Assembly: GCA_016841745.1 (NCBI GenBank)
Contig: JAENYO010000004.1
Location: 82,026-146,025 of the forward strand
Length of the DNA stretch: 64,000 nt
DNA from: Acetomicrobium hydrogeniformans
GTDB lineage: Bacteria > Synergistota > Synergistia > Synergistales > JAFGMB01
Direction: 5' to 3'
Position 1 is the stretch's first letter. Each line of letters begins with the position of its first letter. Shown here piece after piece: positions 9,651 to 18,233 of this stretch. The position numbers and the translations under genes are program-made. The notes beneath the pieces were generated by a model. The model was given only the letters and a program-made list of their open reading frames with translations. It was not told the origin of the DNA and searched no databases.

Positions 9651-9693
9651 GTAAATTGTTTTCTCTGCTGGAGCATTTACTATTGCCATGAGA

Positions 9694-12600
9694 CTATTCC
9701 TTTGGAAACAGGTTTTTCAGGATGCCTTCGAGGAACTGTTCCTTAAGCTGCTCACCCGTTTCATCGTCTTTTTTACTGCCCCCTGGACCGACGGGGAAAT
9801 TAAGCCTGATGGTGATCTGGTTGTTGTTTATCTTTTGTCTGTCCTTTTCCGAGTCTTCCATTTGCAGAAGATCCTGCAGGTATTCCTGCCCCCCTTCAAC
9901 TTTCAGATTCTTTATCTCGGGAGAGGCCCTGTTTCCTCCTATTTCAAAGTTTATGGTCCGAAAGTCCTTTCGTTTAATTCCAGTAAGGCTTCCAAGAATA
10001 TCTTTGACCAGGTCTCCCTGGGAGAGAACAGTTTTTAATGCGATCTGGAGGGTCCCCATAAAGGCATTGAAAGCCTGGATATTTACCTCTGCAGATCCCT
10101 TTAGATCGAGATCTCCGTCGTACTGGATGTTTCCATCCACCTCTATCTGCCGGTAGAGAGGGTATTTCCGGGGAGCTTCCACCCGGCTTCCTCCGAGGAT
10201 GGTAAGGCCGAACCCGTCTGCGAGGAAGTTGCTTCTCAGCTTCTGAAACCTGATCCTCTCTTCCCCTGCTGTAGCGGCGGCGGCCTTTATGGCCGGAATT
10301 CCTCCTATATCCCCTTCCCGTATTTCAAGAACACCGTATCCGAAAAAGCCGTAGGGGTTGAAGCCCCTTCCCTTGAATTTAACATCAAAAAAGGTTTTTC
10401 CCGTCAATTTCTGCGAAAGGGCGGGGATGGATTCTGTCGCCTTGCCCAGATCCAGGTCTACTCCCTTAAGGGACATATGCCATGCCAGATCGTCAAGGTC
10501 AATTCCCATGTCTCCGGATACTGTCCCTTCGAAACTTTTTATTTTCATTCCCTTTATCTCTGCTTTGTTTGCGGTTATGTCCAGGGGGATATCCATGCTT
10601 TCCAGGGGAAAGTCCTGAATAAGCAGAGCCCGGGAACTGATATTTCCTTCGCCGTTCAATTTACCCTTCGTAAAATTTCCCTGGATCTGCATGTCTATAT
10701 TGCCGGAAATATCGACAGAGCATGCTTCTTCCTCTCTGGGAAGAAGATAGGCCAGGTCCAGATCACTGCCTACAAGGTTGAAATAGATATCTGTCCCTTT
10801 CTCCAGGAGCATGAGGGACATGCCTCCCGTAAGAAGACCTTCTCCCACTTTTACATTGAGACTGGTTATGTCTATTTTTTTTCTTGAGGCGCTTCCCCTG
10901 AGATCTATGGATCTCAGCACAGCACAGCCGGAAGAGACAAGGGGAGATAATGCCTGGAAGGAAATCTTTGGGTCGGAGGGTGATCCCTTTATGGTGATGG
11001 TTCCTTCTGTAGTTCCCTTTGTAACAGGAAGGCCTGTAAAGGGGAGATCCTCCAGTTCCAGGTTTTTGAAAGATGCCTTGAGGTCAAGAAGGGGGGAGGG
11101 TGCAGTAATGATCTTGCCAGCGGCAGTAAATTCCCCATCAAGAATGGATGTGCTGATGTCCCGTATGATCAGGTCAGGAGCCTTCCATGAAATGTTGGCA
11201 TTTACATCCTGCAGGACCATATCGCTTATTGTGGCGAGGGGAGTGGATATCTCGAGGAGAGGTTCTTCCTGCCCCTTTATGGAAGCCTTTGCCTCGATGG
11301 TTTCGGCCTTTACAAGGTCTCCCATTCTAAACTGCCTGCCCTGTAAAGTTCCTTCAATGAGGAGGTTCTTGAGTGGTCCTCTGATAGAAGCCTTCAGGTC
11401 TGCCTTTCCTTTTAGATCTTCCGGCGGTGATGGGACCAGACGGGCGGCCCTTTCAAGATCCAGGTTTTTTCCGGAGATCCCGAGATCCAGAACGGGAGAA
11501 GTGAATATGGACAGGATCTTTCCGCTTCCGGTTAATTCTCCTCCCAGCATTTTTGCATATAGCCTGTCCAGGTTCATGGTACCCTTTGCGACCGAAAAGA
11601 AAATGCTGAAATCATCAAAGGGTTCCTTCCTGATACTGAATTTCCTGGATGAAAGGGAACCCTTTATTGCGGGATCCTTTATATTTCCTCTGAGTTCAAG
11701 GGATAATGCCATTGAACCCTCAGGTTCGAGCGCAGAGAGTGACGGAGCCATCCTTGGGAGAATTGCGAGGTCAATGACCGGGGCTTTGAGGCTGAACTCC
11801 ATGGCGGGTTCTTTCGACAGGTCCAAAGTCCCCCCGGCCTGTGCCTCTGTTCCTGACCATGAGAGGGATGAATCCAGAAGGATCTTCTTTCCTTCCAGAA
11901 GGATATTGAGTTTCATGGAATCGAATTTCTGTCCCGAAATAGAGAAACCTCCTGAAGCGAGGTCCATTCTTCCCGTTAACCATGGAAGTTTCCCAGATAC
12001 ATCCAGCTGGAGGTTGTCTATCCTGCCATTCATTTCGGGGATGGCCATTTTCAGTTCTGATGCCTTTGACAGGTCCAGGTCCCTGCCTTGTGCCTTTATC
12101 TTCAGTTCTCCCTCTGTGTTTATGGAAAGGTCCCCTTCGATCCTGCTTCCCAGGATCTCATTAACCATCTCATCAATTTTGAAGGCATTCTGTGCAAAGG
12201 ACCATCGGCCGGATATGGAACCGATCGACTTTCCTCCTATTTCTCCTCCTGCCAGGGAAAATGTCCCTCCTGCCTCGGGTTCGGCCGGAGTGCCCTTTCC
12301 ATAGAGGGTGGAACTGAAGATCCCCTTTGCGTCCATAAATCTTTCATCCAGGCTGCTAAGGCCGGACAGGTCCAGACTCTCCACAGTTCCGGTTATATCC
12401 ATTAGGGGACTTATGTCACCCGAAAGGACGATGCGTCCCTCCTTACCCAGGTCGAACATGCCTTTGGCGAGATGGATCCTGTCTCCCATTTCAAGAATTG
12501 TTTCGATTTTCCATGGCAGGGTGTCGACTCTGCCGGACAGGTCCAGATCTACTGTTTCTGAGCTATATAATATTCTCCCCCTGTCAGCAAGGATCTGATG

Positions 12601-13077
12601 GCCGGGGATCCTGACGTCGAAACTCTCTAATTCAATGGGCAGGGGAGGGATAGGCAGTTTTTTACCGGATGGTTCCGATCTCAAAAGGGCCAGCTTTGCG
12701 GGATCCTTTATGTCTATCATGGAGCCGGAAATACCTATCTTTTCGACGGGGTCCCAGGTGAAAACTTTAAGCAGATCCAGATCGACCTCTATTGTCTGGA
12801 TGGAGGCACTGAAGATATCATCAGAGGCCAGGTAAAGACCCTCTATACGATAACCCTGCCAGGGGTTGCCGGTTACCCTTTCGATATTTCCCTCAAAACC
12901 GGCTGAAATCAGACCTTTCACAATGGCCTTATGTATCATTCCGGTTGCCATATCCCTGTTCTTCAAGAAAGGAATAAGGCCAAGGGATAGAAGAAGGAGG
13001 AAGAGCAGTAAATATTTAAAGATCCTCCAAAGGGGAAACTTCTTTTTTTCAGGTTGATTCTTTTTTGTTTCAGCCAT
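9694..13077 (-). CDS. AsmA/TamB-like giant envelope protein (N-terminal anchor, long beta-rich repeat body)
   Basis: 1127 aa. The N-terminus is KKKFPLWRIFKYLLLFLLLLSLGLIPFL, a signal anchor. The body consists of repetitive segments of the type G.L.L.G.. D.. I.G. Confidence 0.6.
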   Translation of the reverse strand: MAETKKNQPEKKKFPLWRIFKYLLLFLLLLSLGLIPFLKNRDMATGMIHKAIVKGLISAGFEGNIERVTGNPWQGYRIEGLYLASDDIFSASIQTIEVDLDLLKVFTWDPVEKIGISGSMIDIKDPAKLALLRSEPSGKKLPIPPLPIELESFDVRIPGHQILADRGRILYSSETVDLDLSGRVDTLPWKIETILEMGDRIHLAKGMFDLGKEGRIVLSGDISPLMDITGTVESLDLSGLSSLDERFMDAKGIFSSTLYGKGTPAEPEAGGTFSLAGGEIGGKSIGSISGRWSFAQNAFKIDEMVNEILGSRIEGDLSINTEGELKIKAQGRDLDLSKASELKMAIPEMNGRIDNLQLDVSGKLPWLTGRMDLASGGFSISGQKFDSMKLNILLEGKKILLDSSLSWSGTEAQAGGTLDLSKEPAMEFSLKAPVIDLAILPRMAPSLSALEPEGSMALSLELRGNIKDPAIKGSLSSRKFSIRKEPFDDFSIFFSVAKGTMNLDRLYAKMLGGELTGSGKILSIFTSPVLDLGISGKNLDLERAARLVPSPPEDLKGKADLKASIRGPLKNLLIEGTLQGRQFRMGDLVKAETIEAKASIKGQEEPLLEISTPLATISDMVLQDVNANISWKAPDLIIRDISTSILDGEFTAAGKIITAPSPLLDLKASFKNLELEDLPFTGLPVTKGTTEGTITIKGSPSDPKISFQALSPLVSSGCAVLRSIDLRGSASRKKIDITSLNVKVGEGLLTGGMSLMLLEKGTDIYFNLVGSDLDLAYLLPREEEACSVDISGNIDMQIQGNFTKGKLNGEGNISSRALLIQDFPLESMDIPLDITANKAEIKGMKIKSFEGTVSGDMGIDLDDLAWHMSLKGVDLDLGKATESIPALSQKLTGKTFFDVKFKGRGFNPYGFFGYGVLEIREGDIGGIPAIKAAAATAGEERIRFQKLRSNFLADGFGLTILGGSRVEAPRKYPLYRQIEVDGNIQYDGDLDLKGSAEVNIQAFNAFMGTLQIALKTVLSQGDLVKDILGSLTGIKRKDFRTINFEIGGNRASPEIKNLKVEGGQEYLQDLLQMEDSEKDRQKINNNQITIRLNFPVGPGGSKKDDETGEQLKEQFLEGILKNLFPKE

Positions 13078-13265
13078 ATTAAGCCCCTTAAGACCATTTA
13101 ATAATCTGTTTAAAGTGGTACAGTCTATAATATTATACCTTACTATTTTGGCTAATTAGTCAATGGCAGCTGAAAGTTCTCTTGAACCCTGTGAGTTTTA
13201 TTACATAACAGGTATAATTACCTTGAATCTTTTATTCCATTCCAGTAGCAGAGAGAGGTGTTTCC

Positions 13266-14102
13266 ATGAGCCAGCAGTTCAGTATATGGCCCCTGTTATT
13301 TATTTTTTTTATTATCTATCCCCAGGTAACCCAGTGGATCTTGAGGTATAGAAGAGTTACAGCTTTGAGAACTTGTGAAAAGAACAGGGGAAGCAGGATC
13401 ATAACCCTTATCCACAGGCAGGAAAGTGTGGGATTCCTGGGTATGTTTTCCCGGAATTACATAAACATCGAAGATTCAGAAGAGGTTCTCAGGGCTATCC
13501 GGATGACCTCCGATGACACCCCCATTGACCTGATAATCCATACACCCGGCGGACTTCTCCTTGCAGCAGAACAGATCGCCAAGGCCCTGAATGACCATCC
13601 TGCAAAGGTTACTGTAGTTGTCCCCCATTATGCCATGTCAGGGGGAACCCTTATTGCCCTTGCTGCAGACGAGATCCTCATGGACAAACATGCCGTTCTT
13701 GGACCGGTGGATCCCCAGATAGGCCAGTTCCCTGCCGTTTCCCTTCTAAAGGTGGTTGAGGAAAAGCCTATTGCAGAAATTGATGACGAGACCCTTATCC
13801 TTGCTGATGTGGGAAGAAAGGCTATTGTTCAGACAAACAAATTCGTCTTTGACCTCCTGGTAGATAATATGGATGAGAATAAGTCCAGGGAAATTGCCAC
13901 CAAGCTTACCGAGGGCCGCTGGACCCATGATTATCCCATCACCCCCGAAGAGGCAAAAGAGATAGGCCTTCCCATCAATACGGAACTGGATGGACACATA
14001 TGTAACATAATGAGCCTTTATCCCCAGTCGGGGAAGGGCAGACCTTCCGTACAGTATATTCCCATGCCCTATCCCAAGGTTCCGGGTACAAAGGGGAACT
14101 GA
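13266..14102 (+). CDS. SDH-family ClpP-fold serine protease (membrane-anchored)
   Basis: It has an N-terminal TM segment, then RGSRIITLIHRQE and IDLIIHTPGGLLLAAEQIAKAL...HYAMSGGTLIALAADEILM. Confidence 0.8.
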   Translation: MSQQFSIWPLLFIFFIIYPQVTQWILRYRRVTALRTCEKNRGSRIITLIHRQESVGFLGMFSRNYINIEDSEEVLRAIRMTSDDTPIDLIIHTPGGLLLAAEQIAKALNDHPAKVTVVVPHYAMSGGTLIALAADEILMDKHAVLGPVDPQIGQFPAVSLLKVVEEKPIAEIDDETLILADVGRKAIVQTNKFVFDLLVDNMDENKSREIATKLTEGRWTHDYPITPEEAKEIGLPINTELDGHICNIMSLYPQSGKGRPSVQYIPMPYPKVPGTKGN

Positions 14103-14175
14103 AGATCTGCAGGAAATGTAGAGTAGAGTATCTGCCCGGTCTTGTCTTTGTTTTCTTCAGAAGAATGATTTCAGA

Positions 14176-14207
14176 AGAGGGTTCCGGACAGTTTCGGAGC
14201 CCTCTTT
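14176..14207 (+). terminator. Hairpin after the protease gene
   Basis: AGAGGGtTCCG-gacagttt-CGGAgCCCTCT followed by TTT. Confidence 0.45.
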
Positions 14208-14238
14208 AAGTTTACAGGGAGAGGAGTAGATATACCGG

Positions 14239-15543
14239 ATGTCATGGTCCAGGCGATTTGCTCCAGATGTTTTAAATCTTAAAAAAGTTCGAGCTCATCA
14301 TCTCCTTCGGGCGATGAAACATAGAAACTACAGGATATTCTTTATGGGAGAGGTCGTCTCTCTGAGCGGTCTGTGGATGCAGAGAGTTGCCATGAGCTGG
14401 CTTGTCTACAGATTGACCGATTCTGCATTCATGCTGGGAGCTGTGGATTTTGTGGGCCAGATCCCGGTTTTTTTTCTTGGTATGTTCGCAGGGGTCGTTC
14501 TTGAGAAGATGGATCTGAAAAAGGTGATATTTTTGTGCCAGGGACTGAGTATGGTCCATGCCTTTGTCCTGGCATTTCTTACCCTCACAGGACGGGTGGA
14601 ATACTGGCATATAATTATCCTCAGTTCCATGCTGGGGGTGGTAAATGCCTTTGAAATTCCTGCTCGGCAGGCCTTTGTGGTCCATCTGGTGGATAAGAGC
14701 GAAGATCTCGGTAATGCCATTGCCCTGAATTCTTCTCTTTTCAATGTGGCCAGACTTCTCGGTCCTTCACTGGGAGGACTTATCATCGCGGCATTTGGAG
14801 AGGGTATATGTTTTGTTATAAACGGATTGAGTTATTTTGCCACCCTTGCTGCCCTTATGATAATGAAACTGAGGGAATGCAGGGGAGATCGTGACGGACC
14901 TCCCCGCAGGGTCATTGAGGGGCTCAGGGAAGGGCTGGTTTATGTAAAAGGATTTTCTCCCATACGTAATACCCTTATGGCCCTGGTCGTGATAAGTTTT
15001 GCCGGTATACCCTATCTTGTACTTTTACCCGTTTTTGCGAGGGAGATACTCAGCGGCGGTCCCCAGACCCTGGGGTTTCTAATGGCCGCAAGCGGCATCG
15101 GAGCCCTTGCCGGTTCTATCGGTCTGGCCCTGAGAAGGTCTCCTGTGGGACTTGGAAAGATAATGGCCTTTTCCATGTCCTTTTTCGGCATTTCAGTATC
15201 CCTTTTTTCCCTTTCCAGGTCACTGACACTGTCCATGTTTCTCATGGTCTTTGTGGGACTTTTCATGGTATCCTCCATGGTTTCATGCAACACTTTCATC
15301 CAGACCCTTGTGGATGATAACAAGAGGAGCAGGGTGATGAGCCTCTATATAGTTTCCATTCTCGGAATTGCTCCCATTGGAAGCCTTAACGCAGGTTGGC
15401 TGGCCTCCATGTTCGGTGCTCCCCTTACCCTGGCGGGCGGGGGTGTGGTCTGTGTCGCCATGGGTATTATTTTGTGGAAACAGCACCCGGGAATGTGGGA
15501 GGCGGCCCTGCCGGTCTACCGCAGGAAGAACATGGTGAAATGA
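14239..15543 (+). CDS. MFS transporter (MFS_3 / EntS-like)
   Basis: 434 aa with 12 TM segments. The N-terminal HRNYRIFFMGEVVSLSGLWMQRVAMSWLVY is typical of this subfamily. The start may be internal, at MKHRNY. Confidence 0.8.
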   Translation: MSWSRRFAPDVLNLKKVRAHHLLRAMKHRNYRIFFMGEVVSLSGLWMQRVAMSWLVYRLTDSAFMLGAVDFVGQIPVFFLGMFAGVVLEKMDLKKVIFLCQGLSMVHAFVLAFLTLTGRVEYWHIIILSSMLGVVNAFEIPARQAFVVHLVDKSEDLGNAIALNSSLFNVARLLGPSLGGLIIAAFGEGICFVINGLSYFATLAALMIMKLRECRGDRDGPPRRVIEGLREGLVYVKGFSPIRNTLMALVVISFAGIPYLVLLPVFAREILSGGPQTLGFLMAASGIGALAGSIGLALRRSPVGLGKIMAFSMSFFGISVSLFSLSRSLTLSMFLMVFVGLFMVSSMVSCNTFIQTLVDDNKRSRVMSLYIVSILGIAPIGSLNAGWLASMFGAPLTLAGGGVVCVAMGIILWKQHPGMWEAALPVYRRKNMVK

Positions 15544-15550
15544 TAAAAAG

Positions 15551-15595
15551 CTGTTTTACCGCTAAGGCGCAAAGTACGCAAATCCGCCAAAAACC
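15551..15595 (+). repeat. Copy 1 of an intergenic element: CTGTTTTACCGC followed by three 9-nt units (AGGCGCAAA GTACGCAAA TCCGCCAAA)
   Basis: Read directly from the sequence. The 12-nt leader is identical to the one at 15729. Confidence 0.7.
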
Positions 15596-15728
15596 ACTGA
15601 ATAAACCGGGGACGGGCGGACGCTTCGCGGGTCTAGGAGATTAAGAAATAGGCCACTTTGTCGGCTGCGCAAAATGGTCACCCTATTTTGCACGATAAAA
15701 GATAAAAACAATACCAAAACCGGAAAAC

Positions 15729-15770
15729 CTGTTTTACCGCAGAGAGCGCAGAGGACGCAGAGGAAGGCAT
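15729..15770 (+). repeat. Copy 2 of the same element: CTGTTTTACCGC followed by 9-nt units (GAGCGCAGA GGACGCAGA GGAAGGCAT)
   Basis: Read directly from the sequence. It is in the same orientation as copy 1, 178 bp downstream. Confidence 0.7.
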
Positions 15771-15977
15771 AAACCTTTGGGGCAGGTTGAGGTTCGTTAA
15801 GTTTGCTCAAAATGGTGCGTTATGGAAAAAAGATGATTAAGGTTATATTATTAACAGTAAGAAGGATAAACTTCCTTAGTTTCAGATCTATTAACCTTCA
15901 AATAACTTGAGACTTTTCATCTGTGCCCCGGGCAAAAAGGGGGTTACTCATATTTTCATACGGAGAGAAGGATAGGG

Positions 15978-18098
15978 ATGTTTACATCGGGCCGCAGGTT
16001 TTCCCTTTATCTTTTTTTACTGGTAATGATCTTTCTTTCGTCTTCCCTTCTTCTGGTTTACCGGCCCCTTCAGGTAGAGCTGAAGATGAGCCTGGAGCAG
16101 AATTTCGCAGGTAAGGCAGACAATTCCCTCATAATCCTGGACAACTCCATCCAGGATTTCATCCAGAATGCCAAGACCCTTTCAAGCAGGACGGCTATCC
16201 GTCAGAAGGCCTATTCCTTCATCAGGGGAGAGGCATCTCTTGAAGATCTTGTTTCTTTTTCTCTTCCAAGATGGATAGAAGGTGTGGAGACTCTCAAGGG
16301 TGCTGTCTTTGCCACCAGGCGTATTGCCGGTAACGAGATAGCAAACTACGGAGAAAGACCCCCATCCCTGCCTTCTATGTCCACGAAATGCCGGGAGACA
16401 CTTGTTGAATATTTACGTTACGGCGGCAGAACAGGTGTCAGTGTCTGCACTCCCATTTACGAAGAGGATGATCTTCTCGGTTATGACCTGGTCCTCTTCG
16501 ATCTTTCTTCTGTTCTGGAGAGGATCCGGAAAGACAATATCCATTATCGTCTGATCCTCAAGGACGAACCTGTTTATGAAGATGCTCTTCAGCACCTGGG
16601 CAGTATGGTTGCAGAAAATGACCGGGATGAGGAGGTTATAGCCTTTTACAGGGCGGTGACCGGATCCGGACTTCTACTCAGGGCTTCCATACCGGGTGCG
16701 GAACTTTACAGTTACAGCAGGGCCCTTGCTCGAAAGTTCACCCTCTGGTTCGCTGCTTTTACGGTCCTCCTGACCCTTGGGCTGACCTTCCTTGTCCAGA
16801 AAAGGAATATGGGGCAGATAAGGATGATGAAGGACCTCCAGGTAAAGTTGTCCGAGAACGAAGCCCGGTTCCGGCTCCTTTTTGACAAAGGGTCCGATGC
16901 CATCCTTGTGAACCATATTTCCCAGGATGGCGAGGTGAGCACCTTCATAGAGGCAAACGACATTGCCTGCCAGTTCCTTGGCTATACACGGGAAGAGCTG
17001 CTTGAACTGACTCCACTCAATGTCCTTGTTCCTGAATATGAAAATACTGTTGCCATAATAAGGGAAAAACTGATGCTTAATGGAATGGCCCTGGCTGAAA
17101 TAACTGCCCTTGCCAAGAACGGAAAGAGAATACCCGGAGAGATAAATGCTCATCTATTCAACCTTAACGGCAAACCAACGGTCCTTTCCATAATCAGGGA
17201 TATTACAGAACGAAAGTCTTCGGAAAAAACGCTGAGAGATAGTGAGCGGCGCTATGCAAGCCTTTTTCATGAAAATGAGGCAGTTATGCTTCTTGTGGAT
17301 CCTGAAACAGGTCTTATCCGGGATGCTAACCCGGCCGCCTGTTCATTCTATGACTATGACTATGATGATCTCATCGGATTCAGATTCTCTGATATAACAC
17401 CTGGTACAGATAGTTCTGACCCTTCCGATCAGCTGAACCAGGTAAATCTGGGGACAAAAAAGCATTTTTATCTTGAAAATATGACGTCATCGGGAATAGT
17501 GCATAATGTTGAGATCTACAGTACAAAGCTTTTCTTTGATAACAGGTCTGTTCTTCTTCTTATGGTCCATGATATTTCTGAAAAAGTAAGGGCTGAGGAA
17601 AGGGCGAAAAGGCTGAATGATGAACTTCTGGCAATTTCCACCACAGATAAGCTGACGGGAGTAAACAACAGAAGGCATCTGGAAGAGATACTTCAATGGG
17701 AACTGAACAAATCAAGACGCTATGGTGATAACCTGTCACTGATAATGTTCGACCTTGACGGATTCAAGGCAGTCAATGATCGTTACGGACACTCCAGGGG
17801 AGACGAAGTCCTGAAGCAGATCGCCAGGAAATGTGTCTCCAATCTGAGGAGTTCCGACTTCTTCGGCAGATGGGGAGGGGATGAATTCCTGGTGATTACA
17901 CCTGTTTCGGAGGATAGTGCTTTATTTCTTGCGAAAAAACTGCTTATCATCATGAAGGAATCAGACCTTGGTGTTACGGCGAGTATGGGTGTAACTGGTT
18001 TCCACCAGGGAGACTCTTTAAGTTCCCTTCTTGAGAGGGCCGACAAGTCCATGTATGCTGCAAAGCAGCAGGGAGGAGACAGATATATCCTTTCCTGA
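15978..18098 (+). CDS. Membrane sensor diguanylate cyclase (periplasmic domain, 2 PAS, GGDEF)
   Basis: 706 aa. It has an N-terminal TM segment, a second TM near residue 255, PAS regions and RSSDFFGRWGGDEF (RxxD I-site plus GGDEF). Confidence 0.85.
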   Translation: MFTSGRRFSLYLFLLVMIFLSSSLLLVYRPLQVELKMSLEQNFAGKADNSLIILDNSIQDFIQNAKTLSSRTAIRQKAYSFIRGEASLEDLVSFSLPRWIEGVETLKGAVFATRRIAGNEIANYGERPPSLPSMSTKCRETLVEYLRYGGRTGVSVCTPIYEEDDLLGYDLVLFDLSSVLERIRKDNIHYRLILKDEPVYEDALQHLGSMVAENDRDEEVIAFYRAVTGSGLLLRASIPGAELYSYSRALARKFTLWFAAFTVLLTLGLTFLVQKRNMGQIRMMKDLQVKLSENEARFRLLFDKGSDAILVNHISQDGEVSTFIEANDIACQFLGYTREELLELTPLNVLVPEYENTVAIIREKLMLNGMALAEITALAKNGKRIPGEINAHLFNLNGKPTVLSIIRDITERKSSEKTLRDSERRYASLFHENEAVMLLVDPETGLIRDANPAACSFYDYDYDDLIGFRFSDITPGTDSSDPSDQLNQVNLGTKKHFYLENMTSSGIVHNVEIYSTKLFFDNRSVLLLMVHDISEKVRAEERAKRLNDELLAISTTDKLTGVNNRRHLEEILQWELNKSRRYGDNLSLIMFDLDGFKAVNDRYGHSRGDEVLKQIARKCVSNLRSSDFFGRWGGDEFLVITPVSEDSALFLAKKLLIIMKESDLGVTASMGVTGFHQGDSLSSLLERADKSMYAAKQQGGDRYILS

Positions 18099-18233
18099 TA
18101 GTGTGCCCCTCAGGATGATTTATATATAAAGTTTCTCGGGACCTTCTTGTTTCCACGGGTCCCAATTCTTTTAGTTCTTAAGACCTATATGTTTTAGTGC
18201 CATTGATATCTGTACTATGGTTCACAGGGGACT

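Noticed and set aside
10811-12304. A 497-aa plus-strand ORF inside the TamB-like gene.
   Set aside because: It is antisense to a 1127-aa ORF that has a signal anchor and coherent repeat architecture. The product is Ser/Arg/Pro/Phe-rich low-complexity sequence. The long open antisense frame is explained by the codon bias of the repetitive sense gene.
15562-15810. An 82-aa minus-strand ORF in the MFS / cyclase intergenic region.
   Set aside because: Its LCVLCALCGK segment is simply the reverse translation of the 9-nt repeat array. It has no RBS and is better explained as repeat DNA.
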